A DNA stretch of 60,084 bases, counting the filler, from Dugesia japonica (lineage: Eukaryota), in the NCBI GenBank assembly GCA_001938525.1. It is 5 parts of 5 records of this genome, joined end to end, with 100 filler letters (N's around TTAATTAATTAA, not from the genome) between each part and the next. Parts side by side here need not be neighbours in the genome. Positions count along the whole stretch, not along the records: positions 25,854 to 35,222 come from MQRL01551076.1; positions 35,323 to 49,636 come from MQRL01597733.1; 3 more parts are not named here. One strand, written 5' to 3'. Each line of letters starts with the position of its first letter. Position 1 is the stretch's first letter. The notes below the pieces were generated by a model. That model was not told the origin of the DNA, ran no database searches, and saw only the letters and a list, made by a program, of their open reading frames with translations. Shown here in pieces: positions 25,856 through 39,013 of this stretch. The translations under genes were made by a program, and so were the position numbers.

Positions 25856-28439
25856 TAGGGTTTCTGAAACGAATAATTCGGATTCGGATTCAACCGAATC
25901 TTTGCTAAAATACCGATATTCGGATTCTTTTGAATATTTGCTAAAATATTCGATTTGTTATGTTGAAAATAATCGGATGAATTTTTACAAAAAAATTCGA
26001 GTCTCATCTCTAAATACGATTTTTATATAAAAATGCGAATTTCTTCTCTAAATAAGATTTTTTATAAAAAATTTCGAGTCTTTTCGTTATGACAAATTTA
26101 TTTTATTTTAGTTGTCATTTGTCATATTTGTTTTCAATTAAAATATTAGTGATTTTTAAATTTTTCATTTAATAAATATATTAAAATTTTTGGATTTTGT
26201 TTAACGTAATATAATATTTCAAATTTTTGGAATTTGATTTTTAAAATTGTGTTGGTTTTCAAATCCTTGGTGAGATAAATAAGAATTCTGTTTTATTTTT
26301 AGAAAAGCACTAATAAAAATTTTAGAACTTATATATGCTGTTGAAAATCAAAAATATGGGATTATTATACTCTGCAAGACTCCAGCAAAGGAAAAGCTAT
26401 TTGCAATAAATGTAAAGCAGTCTTATCAAATATTGATGGATGTACCTCAGCAATGACAAAACACTTAAATGTGAAACATGAAATTAATATTCAAAAAAAT
26501 CGTCTAGAAATGTCAGAAGATNNNNNNNNNNNNNNNNNNNNNNNNNNNNNNNNNNNNNNNNNNNNNNNNNNAACATGAAATTAATATTCAAAAAAATCGT
26601 CTAGAAATGTCAGAAGATGAACCTAGCAAGAAAACAAATAAAACAGTTTTATATTATACTATCGTTGTTAAAAGAAGCTTGGATGAAATTGTATCTAAGT
26701 TAGCAACAGTCCATGGCATATCAATTACGGCCATTACCAGATCTGAATTTATTCGCGAATCAATTGTGAAATGAAGTTATGTTTTGCCAAAAAAATGAGT
26801 CTGATGTGATGAAACTTATTTACAAAGATTTCGAAAAGAAAAAACAAATAATGATAAATGAACTTCAAGATAAATTAAAAAAAAATAAAAGATTCAGTAT
26901 AACTTTAGACGAATGTACTAGTGTTGCTATGAAAGGGTTTGTAAACATTAACTTACATGATAATGAATTTAAAACTTTTAATCTTGGCTTAATTAGAATA
27001 TATGACTCATGTTCTGCTTCCGCTTTAATTGAATTGGTAACAAACCATATAAATACTTTCAATATTAATTTTGAAAAAGATGCAGTTTCATCTACTAACG
27101 ATGGTGCCAAAATGATGATTAAATATGTACGAGAATGTCCTGCGATATGTCAGTTGTGTCTTAATCATGGCCTGCACCTAGTTATTTGTGACACACTTTA
27201 AAAAATTCAAATTGTTTTAGCAACCATTAATAACGAAATATTAATGGATGATAATGATATAGATTCAGATACCGAAAATTTTGAAAATGACAACGATATA
27301 ATATTTTCAAATGAAAGTGAATCAATTGAATTAGAACTAAAGTCATTTGATATTCATGAAAATGTTACAAACGTTAGAAAAATTATAAAATTTTTCAAAA
27401 AGTCTACAATTAAAAACGGAATTTTGCAAGAAAAAATTAAAGCCGACTTAGTGAATGAATTGCAGTTAATTTTAGATATCAAAACAATGGAATTCTATGC
27501 AAAATATGATAGAAATTTTTTTGAGAGTTAAATCATAGAAGTTCTTCACGAGCTAAATTCCGAGGATTTGCTGATAAATGTAAATTTTACATTGCTTAAT
27601 GAACTTAATATAGCTTTAAAACCAATAAAACTAGCAGTCGAGGCATGAAGTCGTAAGGATGCAACTCTGATTTCTGCTGATCTTGATTTAAATTTTATGC
27701 AGGAAAAACTTAAAGAATCCAATACCAAAATAAGCAGAAATTTACTNNNNNNNNNNNNNNNNNNNNNNNNNNNNNNNNNNNNNNNNNNNNNNNNNNACTA
27801 ATATATCAAAACGAATTGAAGAGCGTATATATTCAGATTTAATAAAACTTTTAAAACGCTTGAAAGACATAAATAATGTACCTTCTAAAGAACAGTTGAG
27901 TTTGGTCACAAATTTAATAAAAAGGTTGTTTTCTATGGATGTCGACGAAGATAACATTACGGTAGTTGAAAATGATTAATTGTAATTCAATCAGAAAAAT
28001 CAATGGAAAAAGAACTCGAAGACATTTTGAAAAATTCAATGATTGAGCCTGATCTAAAAAATCATTTCAACGAGTTGAAGCAGGAGTTTACATTATTCAG
28101 AAGCACTGGAAAAAGAACACCAAATTTGCACAATCTTTATGATGCACTTTTAACGATTAAACCGACTTCAACTGATGCAGAACGAGTCTTTTCTTTATCC
28201 GCTAATTTTTGTAAAAAAAATACGTTCACGATTGGCAGACAAGTCTATGAACGCATTGTTATATTTAAAATGTTTTTATATGAATTATAATAAATAAAGT
28301 ATGTTGAAATTACTAAAAATATTTAATTTTATATATTTAAATGATAAAATTTTTTTTTCATTATTCGGGTTCGACGAATATTTGAATTGTTTATTCGGAT
28401 TCGACGAATCTTAAAAAACCCGAATTTTCAGAAACCCTA
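25856..28439 (+). mobile_element. full-length hAT element with disrupted BED-finger transposase
   Basis: Perfect 14-bp TIR TAGGGTTTCTGAAA / TTTCAGAAACCCTA with ATTCGG/CGAAT subterminal repeats. SKIWDYY..AICNKC..TSAMTKHLNVKH, FSITLDE, DGAK, QLCLNHGLHL and KPTSTDAERVFS motifs. In-frame stops present. Confidence 0.95.
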
Positions 28440-29549
28440 GTTCCACGAATAATCTTAAAAGTTAAAGTTAAAAATTCGTGATCATAAACAGTTAAATATG
28501 GTTAGCCATATTTCTGATAATAATTAAGAGAAATAATTTCATCACTAAATGTAGAATTAGTTTCGCACATGTTTGATGTTATTTAAATTAAAACTATTAA
28601 CAAAAAAATGTTTTTCAGATCATTTAATTAATGTCTAGATTTTAGATAAAAATCATAACAAAAATCTACATACTTTTGTTAATGTGACTAGGCTAGGAAA
28701 TTTAATAAATAGTCTCGGAATTGATTTTTGACTTGCACGGTAGAATGAGAAACTTGTGAAAATCTCCAAAATAATAATCTCATGCTTCTTGCTATTACCT
28801 GTAATTATTCTAACCGTCAACTGTCAATTGATTCATAGATACTTAATAGGAAATGTCTGGCGAGTTATAAGAAATTTAAACTTTTAATGCTCGCCGAAAA
28901 GATTTAACGAACGACTGTCAACTTTGATTAATGATTATGGGCGATCTGCTTGATCAGCGACATCTCGATTGTCAAATTCTGTCACAAGTAGGTTACGTTT
29001 AAAATTGGGAATTTTCAATTTAAATTTGGAATAAAGGTTTTTTCGAGAAATCAATTTGGATGATTAACGATTTGATTGTCTGAGTTGCAATACTTTGAAT
29101 TCTGTGTCGGAATTATCAATTTTCTCGTGGAAATTTTCAAAATTAGTACTTTGGCTGTTGAGTTGTTTATCTTGGAATTTTTAAAATGAGTTTAAAGTTA
29201 ATTTTAATATTTTTCACTTTCAACGAGTTTCTCTTTAATCGATCCTAAAGTTTTTTTGAATGACTGACTAACCCTTTCGTTACCATGGTATGTGTTTTGA
29301 GCCTAAATCATCTACGAATGCAACTATTTTTAATATTTGTAATCTAATAAAATAGATATAGATAATAAAAATACCCATGATACATCGCAGTTCTTTATTT
29401 TAGTAATTTTTTAGTTATTAGAATGTCTAGATCTCATTACTATCGTCGTTTTTGTAACTTTAAAAGCCATCGAAATCTTCATCTTCCTAATCAGATTCAA
29501 GTAGTTGAGCCATTTCCAACGGTAATAACTTGTATTAACTTTGTTCGCT

Positions 29550-30605
29550 CAGATTTCTGTCTTCATCATTGTAATTTTCTGTCATTATTTTCCACTAAAA
29601 AATCCAAAAGACCCGCTTTCTGAATGACCCGTTACTTTATCCTATGCAGATTAATCCACCGAATAACGCTGATGAAAGGAGCTCAGCGCATTCTTCCAGT
29701 TGCTGTGAAGATCCTTAGATACCCTTTTAATGATTTGTTAACAGAAATATATAATGGTTGTAGAAACTTTGTCATGTCACTGGGGATTTTTATCAGAATC
29801 GTATTAACTCTTTTGACGCTGTCTTAAATTTCATCCGTAATCTGTGCGTGCATGCTATCCATCACAAATATTGCTTTGGATTGCCGGAAAAATCCATCAG
29901 GTCGATGAACATAGCATGAAGTTATCCACTTTTTCATTATGTTAGTGTCCAACCATCCTTTGGCATTATTTTCAACAACAATACCTGGTGGAGTTTTTCG
30001 CTTAAATAACATTATAGGTGGCAGCTTTTTCCAGAAGCACAGCAAGCAAGAACTGAGAAATGACTTTGTTCGTGACACATTGTTCGAATAGTAACAGACG
30101 ATACACTTTTTGTTTTTATGGTCCAATTCATAGGAATGTCAAAATTCAATGGAACTTCGTCCATATTAACAAAATGATAAAGATCTGTTTTCACTTTGAG
30201 GTTGAGAAACAAATTGTTGAAACTTCTCGAATTTCTCTTTAAAGTCGATTGGTATCTGCTTACTAATTGTCGTTCTTGTACGATTGCTGAAATGTTTTCG
30301 CTTCATGAACTGGAAGCATCAGGATGGCCCGCCTTTAAATTCAGGGATTTTCATCTCTTCGGCAATTTCTTCGGCAAAGATTTTCATTCAGATCGTTGCG
30401 CAAGCACCCACTCTTCTAGATTCTCTTCTAAGGAAGCCCAGCAGCCAAAGTACCTCAATTTGCTTTCTTTGTCTTTTTAGTTTCCCTAAGCATATTTTCT
30501 GTAACGCCAAATTTACGTTCGGCTGCACAACTGTTATTTCCTTCGGCATATTCTATTAGTCAATTTAAACGCTATTGCATAACTTTTTCTTGTTGTTGGT
30601 GCCAT
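29550..30605 (-). pseudogene. pogo (POGK-like: Brinker DBD, CENP-B HTH, DDE_1) transposase remnant
   Basis: ATG at 30605: MAPTTRKSY..FKL..IEYAE..CAAERKFGV. Then NMDEVPLNFDIP, KLPP..LFKRKT, KGW, VMDSM and FLQPL. Frameshifted. Confidence 0.9.
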
Positions 30606-32029
30606 TTGTATTATATAATATTAAAAAATAGGCTTTAAAAGGCAAAATTTAAATCAATACAAATAATTTACAACATTAATGAATATTGTAAAAACAATTA
30701 GCATAAAAACAATTATGCTTCAAATTGTATTTTTAAAAAGTACAACGTATGTACATACATATATACTCATGTATGTATGTATCATAATTATGATATGCTA
30801 TTTATAATATATAATAAAACATCAATAATATTTATCGACAGAATTATGGAATTAAAAATTTGGATTTTTTAAAAATAATTCTTGGCAACCGCGAAAATTT
30901 GAAAAAAGGAGGATAAGTACAGATTAAATTTCAAATTGAAAAATTAAATATTATTCTGAAAACTGTCAAAATAACTCTTGAAAATAAAATCAGAAATTTA
31001 AAGAAACTAAATAAAATAACAATTATCCACCGCTACAGGAATTGTCTTCTTCAGAAAAGGAAATATATGAATTTAAATCCAACAACCGGATATAATAAAG
31101 AATATAATTATAATCTCGAAAAGAAAATCCACGAAATTGTATTTGAATAATCTAATACAAGAATGGATCCAAGAAAATAACTTTAGTCGTTCATTTATAG
31201 TTAATAAATTTTTAAACAATTTTTGTTAATTTTGTTATTACTTTCTTTTTGCTGCGTCAAAATATTTTTTACTGTAACTATATTACATAACATTCACCCC
31301 AATTATCCCTACAAGGACATTTTTTCTATTAGAAATAAAATTACCTAGATTAAAATAATATAGAGAATAAGTTAGAAAATACGGTGGATATTTTTTTAAA
31401 TATTAGATATTAAAGAACCAGGACTTAATTTTATATTGATTTACAATGGAGTAGAGCAGTGGTGAGTCCAAGCGGGTTGTCAGGTGTGCCCTATGGATTA
31501 CAGTAAAAAGTTCATCAAACTGTATAGCAAATGGATCCAGATTATAGTCCAATTTTAGAAAATAAATAAATTAGAAAAATACCCCTAAAAGGGATTTTTT
31601 AAAAGCTGAGAAAAATCAAAGAAATATATGTAAAAACGAAATATGATTTGATTATATTTTTTGAGGTTATAAATAGTTTTTTTCAGAAAGGATAGTATCC
31701 ATTTACAAAGTTTTTAGGAAAATCATAAATATATTTTTTTAAAAACAAAAAATGTTATACAAAATTACATTATTTTTTGTTAAATACAACAAGTATTGAT
31801 TCGTTTTATATTTTAATAGTAATAAGATATTTTTATTGATTTTCTTAAACTTCAATTTATAAAAATATTTAAAGTGAATTGGAGATTAAATGTGATACAG
31901 AAAATAAAATGAAGATACAAATAACAATGCATCTGGTCTTGAATAATATTTTAAGACAAGTAAAGTTTCTGACGAACAAAAAAATAAATGAATTTCAAAT
32001 ATGAAGAATCATTCAAAAAAGAGCGCAAA

Positions 32030-32880
32030 GGCACGATCTAAGCAAAAATACGATGAAAATTACTTAAACTTTGTCTTTTATTGGACTAAAAATGTTGAGA
32101 ATCATTAACCAATATGCGTCCTTTGTGATATAATAATGTCAAATGATTCAATGCTTCCTAGAAAACTCGTTAAACATTTGAAAAATAAGCCCTCCCATTT
32201 ACAAACCTTGAAATTATTTTATGAGAATGTACGAACAGCAAAGAAAAGCGGGTGAATCTTTTAAGAATTAACTAACGTTTTCTGATAAAGCTCAAATAGC
32301 TTCTTACCTAGTCTCAGAGCTGATCGCAAAAAATATGAAAGCTCATACTTTTGGCGAGTCACTTATTTTGACTGCATGCCAAAAGATTGTCGGTACGATG
32401 TTAGGAACTGAAACAGACAAAAGAATAAGCATGATTCCCTTTCCAAATGATACTGTTAGCAGGCGTATCATTTAGATGTCTTCTGATATTGAAAAAAATG
32501 TATGTAGTAATAAACTCCAGTGTTCTGATTTTGCAATGCAAGTTGACGAGTCAAACGACATTACCAACAAAGCTCAACTAATAAAATTCATTCGTTTCGT
32601 TAACGAAAATCAAATAACGAATCAGTTTCTCTTTTACAAGGAATTAACTCTGACTACAAATGGTGAAGAAGTTTTTAATATCCTGAATANNNNNNNNNNN
32701 NNNNNNNNNNNNNNNNNNNNNNNNNNNNNNNNNNNNNNNNNNNNNNNNNNNNNNNNNNNNNNNNNNNNNNNNNNNNNNNNNNNNTCTTTTATAAAGGAAC
32801 AAAATAAGAACATTATTGTAACTCATTGTTTCCTTCATATAGAGCCCATGATTTCAAAAAGATTAGGAAAAATTTAAAAG
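32030..32880 (+). pseudogene. hAT Charlie/Buster-type transposase remnant
   Basis: KYDENYL..PICVLC..MSNDSMLPRKL..HL, HTFGESLI, NDTVSRRI, FAMQVDESNDITNKAQL, VTHCFLH. Confidence 0.9.
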
Positions 32881-33529
32881 AGGTTGTCAAAATATATAAC
32901 GCAGCACAATATATAACATGAATATCAATTAATTCAAAATTTCGAAAAAATAATTGTTTCTGCTGTTAACAACTTTTAATTGAACTCTTTTCATTTTTAA
33001 TTTTAAGCTTGCCCGATTTTAATATCAGCCCTTATTAATGGACAATTCCCAAAAAAAAATTTAGATTGGTAACATAACAGAAAACTCGGTGAATGGATGT
33101 TATTTCGCTCAACTTTTACACATTTAATTCTTAAGTATACAACAAATATCTGAAACAGAAGTTGGAAAATATGCATTTGAAAATACTCTGTTCAACAATG
33201 GCAAGTTGCATGAAAACCTCAAAATTGAATTTCACTTATGAATAAAATGTCAACTGAAGAGTATTTTCGAAATGTCACATTGTTTTAAATGTGATAGCTT
33301 TCTGAAAATTAATGGTCATAAACTTCTTTAATTATAATCTATTTAAGTATGTCTGCATACGATTGAGCATCTGCTCTCAGAAAAAATAATCAATAAAATT
33401 ATTTATTTTAAAACATATTTTATTTTTTACTTTAACTATATCAATCAAATATTTTTTTACCTGAATGGTTACAAGAAACAAGTTGACAATAATGACGATA
33501 CTGAAGCTGATAAAAGTAATAACAAATAC

Positions 33530-33760
33530 AAAAGAAACGAGAAGGTACAACTTCGAAAGGCGATATTACTCATCATATTTATTGTTTGAATTCGAAAATG
33601 TTATTATAGATGGCTCAGAAAAACGTGTTTGTTTTGTTCAAAAGTTTTAGGCTCAGATAGTATGAGACCAGTCGAATGAAAACGATACCCAGTAATTTTA
33701 CATGAACACGCCGAAAAGCCTATTGAATTTTTCAAAGAAAAATGGACGAAATGATTATTT
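33530..33760 (+). pseudogene. second Charlie/Buster-type N-terminal fragment
   Basis: RRYYSSYLLF....C...SDSMRP..MKR...KPIEFFK pattern across frameshifts. Confidence 0.6.
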
Positions 33761-34429
33761 AGAAACAATCGATCAATAAAAAATTTTCAATTTTTTTTAA
33801 AAAATTTGTTATTTATAAAGATATCAATGCTATAAAAGTATTTTTTATAAAATAATTACATGATAATAGAATAAAATAAATCAATTATAACAATGAGTGA
33901 ATCACCAGAACGAGAAAGATCTTGCCTTTATCACTGAAATTAAAATGCATTTCGTAACTTGTGAATATAAGTTTGAATATTACATCTGTTTTGAGTGAGA
34001 TTATCTTGTAATTAAAATTTGACCTAAATATTGTCACACGATTCAAACATAAATGTTAACTTTGAATTTCAGAAATGCTTTCTCCAACGCAACCAATAAG
34101 TTTACCACACAAGTCAAATGCCACCCATGAATGAGATCAGGATTGGGACGAAGAGTGCTCAAGCATATCAGTAAAAATGTGTATTGAATTTCAAAGCAAA
34201 AATTCCAATTTATTAAATAACTGACTCCAAATCTCGAGTTCGTTCAATTGACTAAATATCAACTATATATTAGGTTTTATTGATCAATACGACAATTACA
34301 TATACAATTGATAGCAATTCAATAACACTGATTAAGTTACTTGTAAATACCCGATTGATAATTTATTTAACAAACATCGTAGGAAGTGATAAAATTAAAT
34401 TGTGATCAATGAATCCATTTACTTAAATT

Positions 34430-34800
34430 GGCGGAAGTGGTGCAATCACCGTTCACGCTTCTTTACGTAAACAATAAGTGTGAATTTTCACACTTTTGAG
34501 GTCAACTTTCACACCTCATAATATAAACAATAGGTGTGAAATTTCACACCTTTAAATAAACAATTTATTGCTTTTTTAAAAATTTCACAACTTATTATTT
34601 TTTTATGAAGTGTGAATTTTCACAATTCAAGTATATCATTATTATTACTATTTATTATATCATTTAATTTTTGGTTCTTTTTTAATGCATAAAATTTCAC
34701 AACTTCGGCTTGAACTTTCACATCCAAGTCTTAATAATGTAAATGTTTTTTTATGGCGTGAACTTTCACACTGATATAAACTGTGAAATTTCATACCCTA
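34430..34800. repeat. interspersed repeat with GTGAAATTTCAC palindromes and TAAACAA motifs
   Basis: Repeated gtgtgaa(a/t)tttcacac palindromes; inverted relative of 16670-17070. Confidence 0.65.
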
Positions 34801-35222
34801 ATCTTTACCAAGTTTTCATGAAAAATGAGGAGCCTCAGATATTATTTTGAACAATTTCATAATTTAATNNNNNNNNNNNNNNNNNNNNNNNNNNNNNNNN
34901 NNNNNNNNNNNNNNNNNNNNNNNNNNNNNNNNNNNNNNNNNNNNNNNNNNNNNNNNNNNNCCCAAGACGAAGAAATGATGAAGAAAGGAGGCCGAAAGGA
35001 AAGTCAATCAAGAACAACGTAGTTACGATGGAACTGTTATAATAATTACATCAAAGCCGCAAGAAAAGTAATTAAGAAACAGTATGGCTAAATTATAAGG
35101 AATATAATTAATAAAAGATCAGAATACAAAGAAGATGGTTATGAAAATCTTGGGTCAATAAATCTGACCTACATCAATTACAATAATCAAAAGAAATTAT
35201 GAAATTAATAATAAAAGGCAAG

Positions 35223-35322
35223 NNNNNNNNNNNNNNNNNNNNNNNNNNNNNNNNNNNNNNNNNNNNTTAATTAATTAANNNNNNNNNNNNNNNNNNNNNN
35301 NNNNNNNNNNNNNNNNNNNNNN
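35223..35322. other. artificial scaffold spacer (N44-TTAATTAATTAA-N44)
   Basis: Same 100-bp linker. Confidence 0.95.
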
Positions 35323-36060
35323 ATATTTAATTAATCATTTCCTGAATGTAATACTACATCACTCCCCCGTCAGATGGAGGAGCATTTAAGATAAAGGCTG
35401 GACGAATTTTGTCTATAGAAATTCGCTCTGCTTGTCCTCGTCGCATTACTTCAATAACTTTTCCATCTTCATTTCTCCAAGTTACCAGATATGGACCTTC
35501 GTATACTGGCTGTAGTGGTCTTCTTAATTCGCGTTTGATCCATACAAATTTACATTTATCAGTTCTTTGTGGTATGACGTTTTCGTGACTTCATGTGATC
35601 TAAGACAGCTGTTTCGAAATTCTGTTGGAACTATTGTTTGTCCATCAAAGCATGATGGTAGAACAATATCACCTGGTAAACGGATATTAGTCCCAAAAAT
35701 TGTTTGGCATGGTGATAACTCNGAATCTTCCCCCACCGCGTTACGTATTCCTAACATTGTTAATGGAAGATTTTCTAACCAACTACATTCCGCTTTAGTT
35801 CCTTGAGTCCGTAGAGAATTCTTTAGAGACCTGTATTTTGAATCCAATCTTCTGCAGTATCTGAAGAACAATAAAAAATTTAGGCTTTGGAATAAGCATT
35901 TCTTGAGAAGCTTGTGGAAGATTTTTAAAAATCTTTTGTTGCTCTGCTTTTCTTTGCATAATAATGACACTAACTTATGCGTGGTCGCCAGTTAGATTTT
36001 GTAATTCAGAAGTAAACATTTTCAAAGTTTATTAAAATTAAATAAATCAATAATATTTTA
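35323..36060 (-). mobile_element. internally deleted or chimeric Gypsy remnant (PBS, integrase C-terminus, PPT)
   Basis: PBS-like TGGCGACCACGC at ~35991-35980. WLENLPLTMLGIRNAV..LSP..IFGTNIRLPG, PLQPVYEGPY (GPY module), ISIDKIRPA. PPT GGGGGAG at ~35362-35368. Confidence 0.8.
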
Positions 36061-36653
36061 ACAAATATTTTTAAATATATCTAACACTCACAATCGTCAG
36101 TTTTAGTCGAATTTAGATGATTTTGTTTAAATTTGCGGTAATTCGGGGAAAACTTCATTTTGTTTAAATGTTAAAATTTTTAAAACAAATTTTTATGGGA
36201 ATCCGGTTTAACTGCCCAAATTTTTAAAATTTTTGAATAAATTCTTTATCGATATTTTTACATCAATCGATGCAGAATTTAATAGGAATTATTTTCAAAA
36301 ATAAAGATTTTTCGAAAAAAAATTTGTTTTTCTCGTAACATGAAATCATAACGTATATTAGATGGAGAATGTTTTGCTGATCATTATGGTTATAACCTAA
36401 ACTTGCGAAATTTTATCCTGGATGAAATAAAAGAAGTTTTGTATAGAAAAATAGCAAATTTTCAATTTTGGCAATCAATATAACACGAATGGCTTCAAAT
36501 TGGGTATCATTGAACTCAGAATTAATAACTGACTGAACAAAGTTAAATTGCCATCTCAGGACAAATGTTTTTTAACGAAGATTGTTAGTCGTCCTACAAA
36601 ATAATTTGGGAGTATCTTTTGAGGAATCACTGATTTTTGAAACAAGAAAAAGT

Positions 36654-36690
36654 CAATTCCTGACGAAGACAAGGTCGAAATATCGAATTG
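36654..36690 (+). ncRNA. minimal type I hammerhead ribozyme (Penelope-associated type)
   Basis: CAAUUC-CUGACGA-A-GAC(AAG)GUC-GAAA-UA-UC-GAAUUG. Perfect 6-bp stem I, intact core, 3-bp stem II, and palindromic AUAU in place of stem III. Confidence 0.75.
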
Positions 36691-36929
36691 TTATCCAATA
36701 TCAATAATTAAAACCTAAATTTTGATCTATGCTTTTATATTAAATGAAGAAAAAGTAACTCAAATTTGAACATCATCCAGTCTATTAGATAAAGAATTTA
36801 TTGTCGGGTAGGCAATTGAAAACTAGCAATTCATTGTTTAAAAGATTAGTATGGTAAAATGTATATTTTTAAAAAACTTTTATTTTTGTAGCCGAAATAT
36901 AATATTCACATAAAATATGTTGAAATTAA

Positions 36930-39013
36930 TTCGATATTGAAATACTTTTTTCCATCAACGGATGGAGCTACAGATAAATGTGAAAAGTGTAGTGTGGTTT
37001 TAAAAACTGCCGGAGGATCTATCAAAGGACTGCATACACATCTGTTTTCAATACACATAATGAAAATTCATGGGCCATCTTCTGTCAGTTCTACCGATAA
37101 AACCACTAAATCACCTGTTCGACCGTTGAAAAGAAAATTAATATCCGACTATTATTTAACCAAAGAAGATCAATCACTTGACGCTGTGCTTGCACTGATG
37201 ACATTCAAAATGGTTTACCGTTCAATATATTTACTACATCGATTGATTTGAGAGCAGCTCTTAAGGCAAAGAATACCAGTGTCTTTCTTCTTCTGTAACT
37301 ACGATAAGGAATCGTGTTGTCGAATACAGTAAGAAAATTCGAAATAAGATTATTGGAGAAATTGATGAAAGTAAAAAAATGGAAAACGTTTTAGTTTGAC
37401 GAGTGGACATCGGTTACCAATAAACAATACATCAACATTAACGTCCACAGTGAAACTGGAAAATTTTGGAATATTGGTTTATCTCGGGTGCATGGATCAA
37501 TGCCAGNNGATGCTTATGTTCAATTATTGGAGAAACGTCTGGAAGATCATCATAAATCATTAAATAATGATACAGTTTCTATAGTAACAGACGGGTCAAG
37601 CGTTATGGTTCGATTTGGGAAACTTGTAACGCCTGAACATCAATTATGCATTGCTCATGGAATTCACCTAGCCATTTCTGAAGTCCTTTACAATAAAATT
37701 CCAGCTGAATCTTTGGAATCCTGCTATGAAGAAAATCCTGCATATCAATTTACTGATGAATACAAAGATGAAGAAGGATTTACAATAGTTCATTCTGTAT
37801 CTAAACATATAGATTTATCTGAAAATCATTGCATCCACGAAATAGTAAATAGAGTCAGAAAAATTGATATTTACATTTAAAAGATCACCCACGAAAAATG
37901 ATTCTATATATAAAAATACACAAAAAACGAGCATGGAAAAGAACTTTCACTTATATTGGAGCAGTCTGTATAATATGCTGGAACGATTTTTATTTTTAAA
38001 ACCATGTATACAAAAAACTTTATTAGATATAAAAAATTTTTTAGTGACATTTAATGAAAATGACTGAGTGAAAATTGAAGAAATTATACAAGTATTAAAA
38101 CCCCTAAAATTAGCGGTCGAAGCACTTTGCCGACGTAACACCAACTTGTGCTCAGCCGACGCAATTTTAAAATTCAGTTTTAGACAATTGACCCAGCTTA
38201 AGTCTCCATTGAGCAATGATTTATTAATGTCTCTACATAAACACATGTAGAAAACCGAAGCCGAAGAGATTTTATTTAATCCTTCATCATTGAATGACAA
38301 CAAAACAACTCGTAAAATTATGAAAGAAACTATTCAAAAACTTATTGAAAGATTTAATGACGTCATTGAAACGTCATCAATCGAAGTTACTTCAACGCAG
38401 TCATCCCACCAATTTGAACAAGAAACAATGAAAAAACAGTTACAAGATGAAATCGTAAAAAGCTTGATGACATGCGAACCAAAAATTCAAAATTTCACTA
38501 GGCTCATGTCAATTATAAAAAGAGAAATGGTGCTATTTGAAAGTGGAGGCTCGCGTGGTAATCACCTAGAACTGGCACACACATATCTAATAACAAAACC
38601 CCCAACAAGTGTACAAGTTGAACGTGTTTTTTGGCAGTAGGCTGCCTAGGTAAAAAAATTAGATCCCGGTTAAACGATAAAACACTTGATGCTTTATTGT
38701 TACTTCGTGCATATTATTCAATATAGGGTTGTATGTTGTTATCAAATAAAGAAATAAAATTGTTTTACTTTTTTATTTATATTATATTATTTTCCAATTT
38801 AACCTCAAGTCCAAAATTATACGTACATTATATATTTTACATAAGCAAATGTCAAAATAAATTGTATTATTCGTTTTAAACTATTTTTATCGATAAAATA
38901 ACATAGCTAATGTTAAATAAATAAGAAAAATATCCCTAATCCGATTCCGGGACCAACTAATTCAAATCCCTAAATCCTGGGATCAAAATTTTGGCCCGGG
39001 ATCAAAAACCTTA
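36930..39013 (+). mobile_element. hAT element remnant (BED finger to dimerisation domain) with right end
   Basis: KYFF..KCEKC..GGSIKGLHTHL..H, DEWTS, TDGSSVM, HQLCIAHGIHLA, PPTSVQVERVF. CCGGGA-type repeats at 38930-39013 end in CCTTA. Confidence 0.9.

Noticed and set aside
26476-26618. Direct repeat inside the hAT transposase
   Set aside because: Identical sequence on both sides of an N gap indicates an unmerged overlap.
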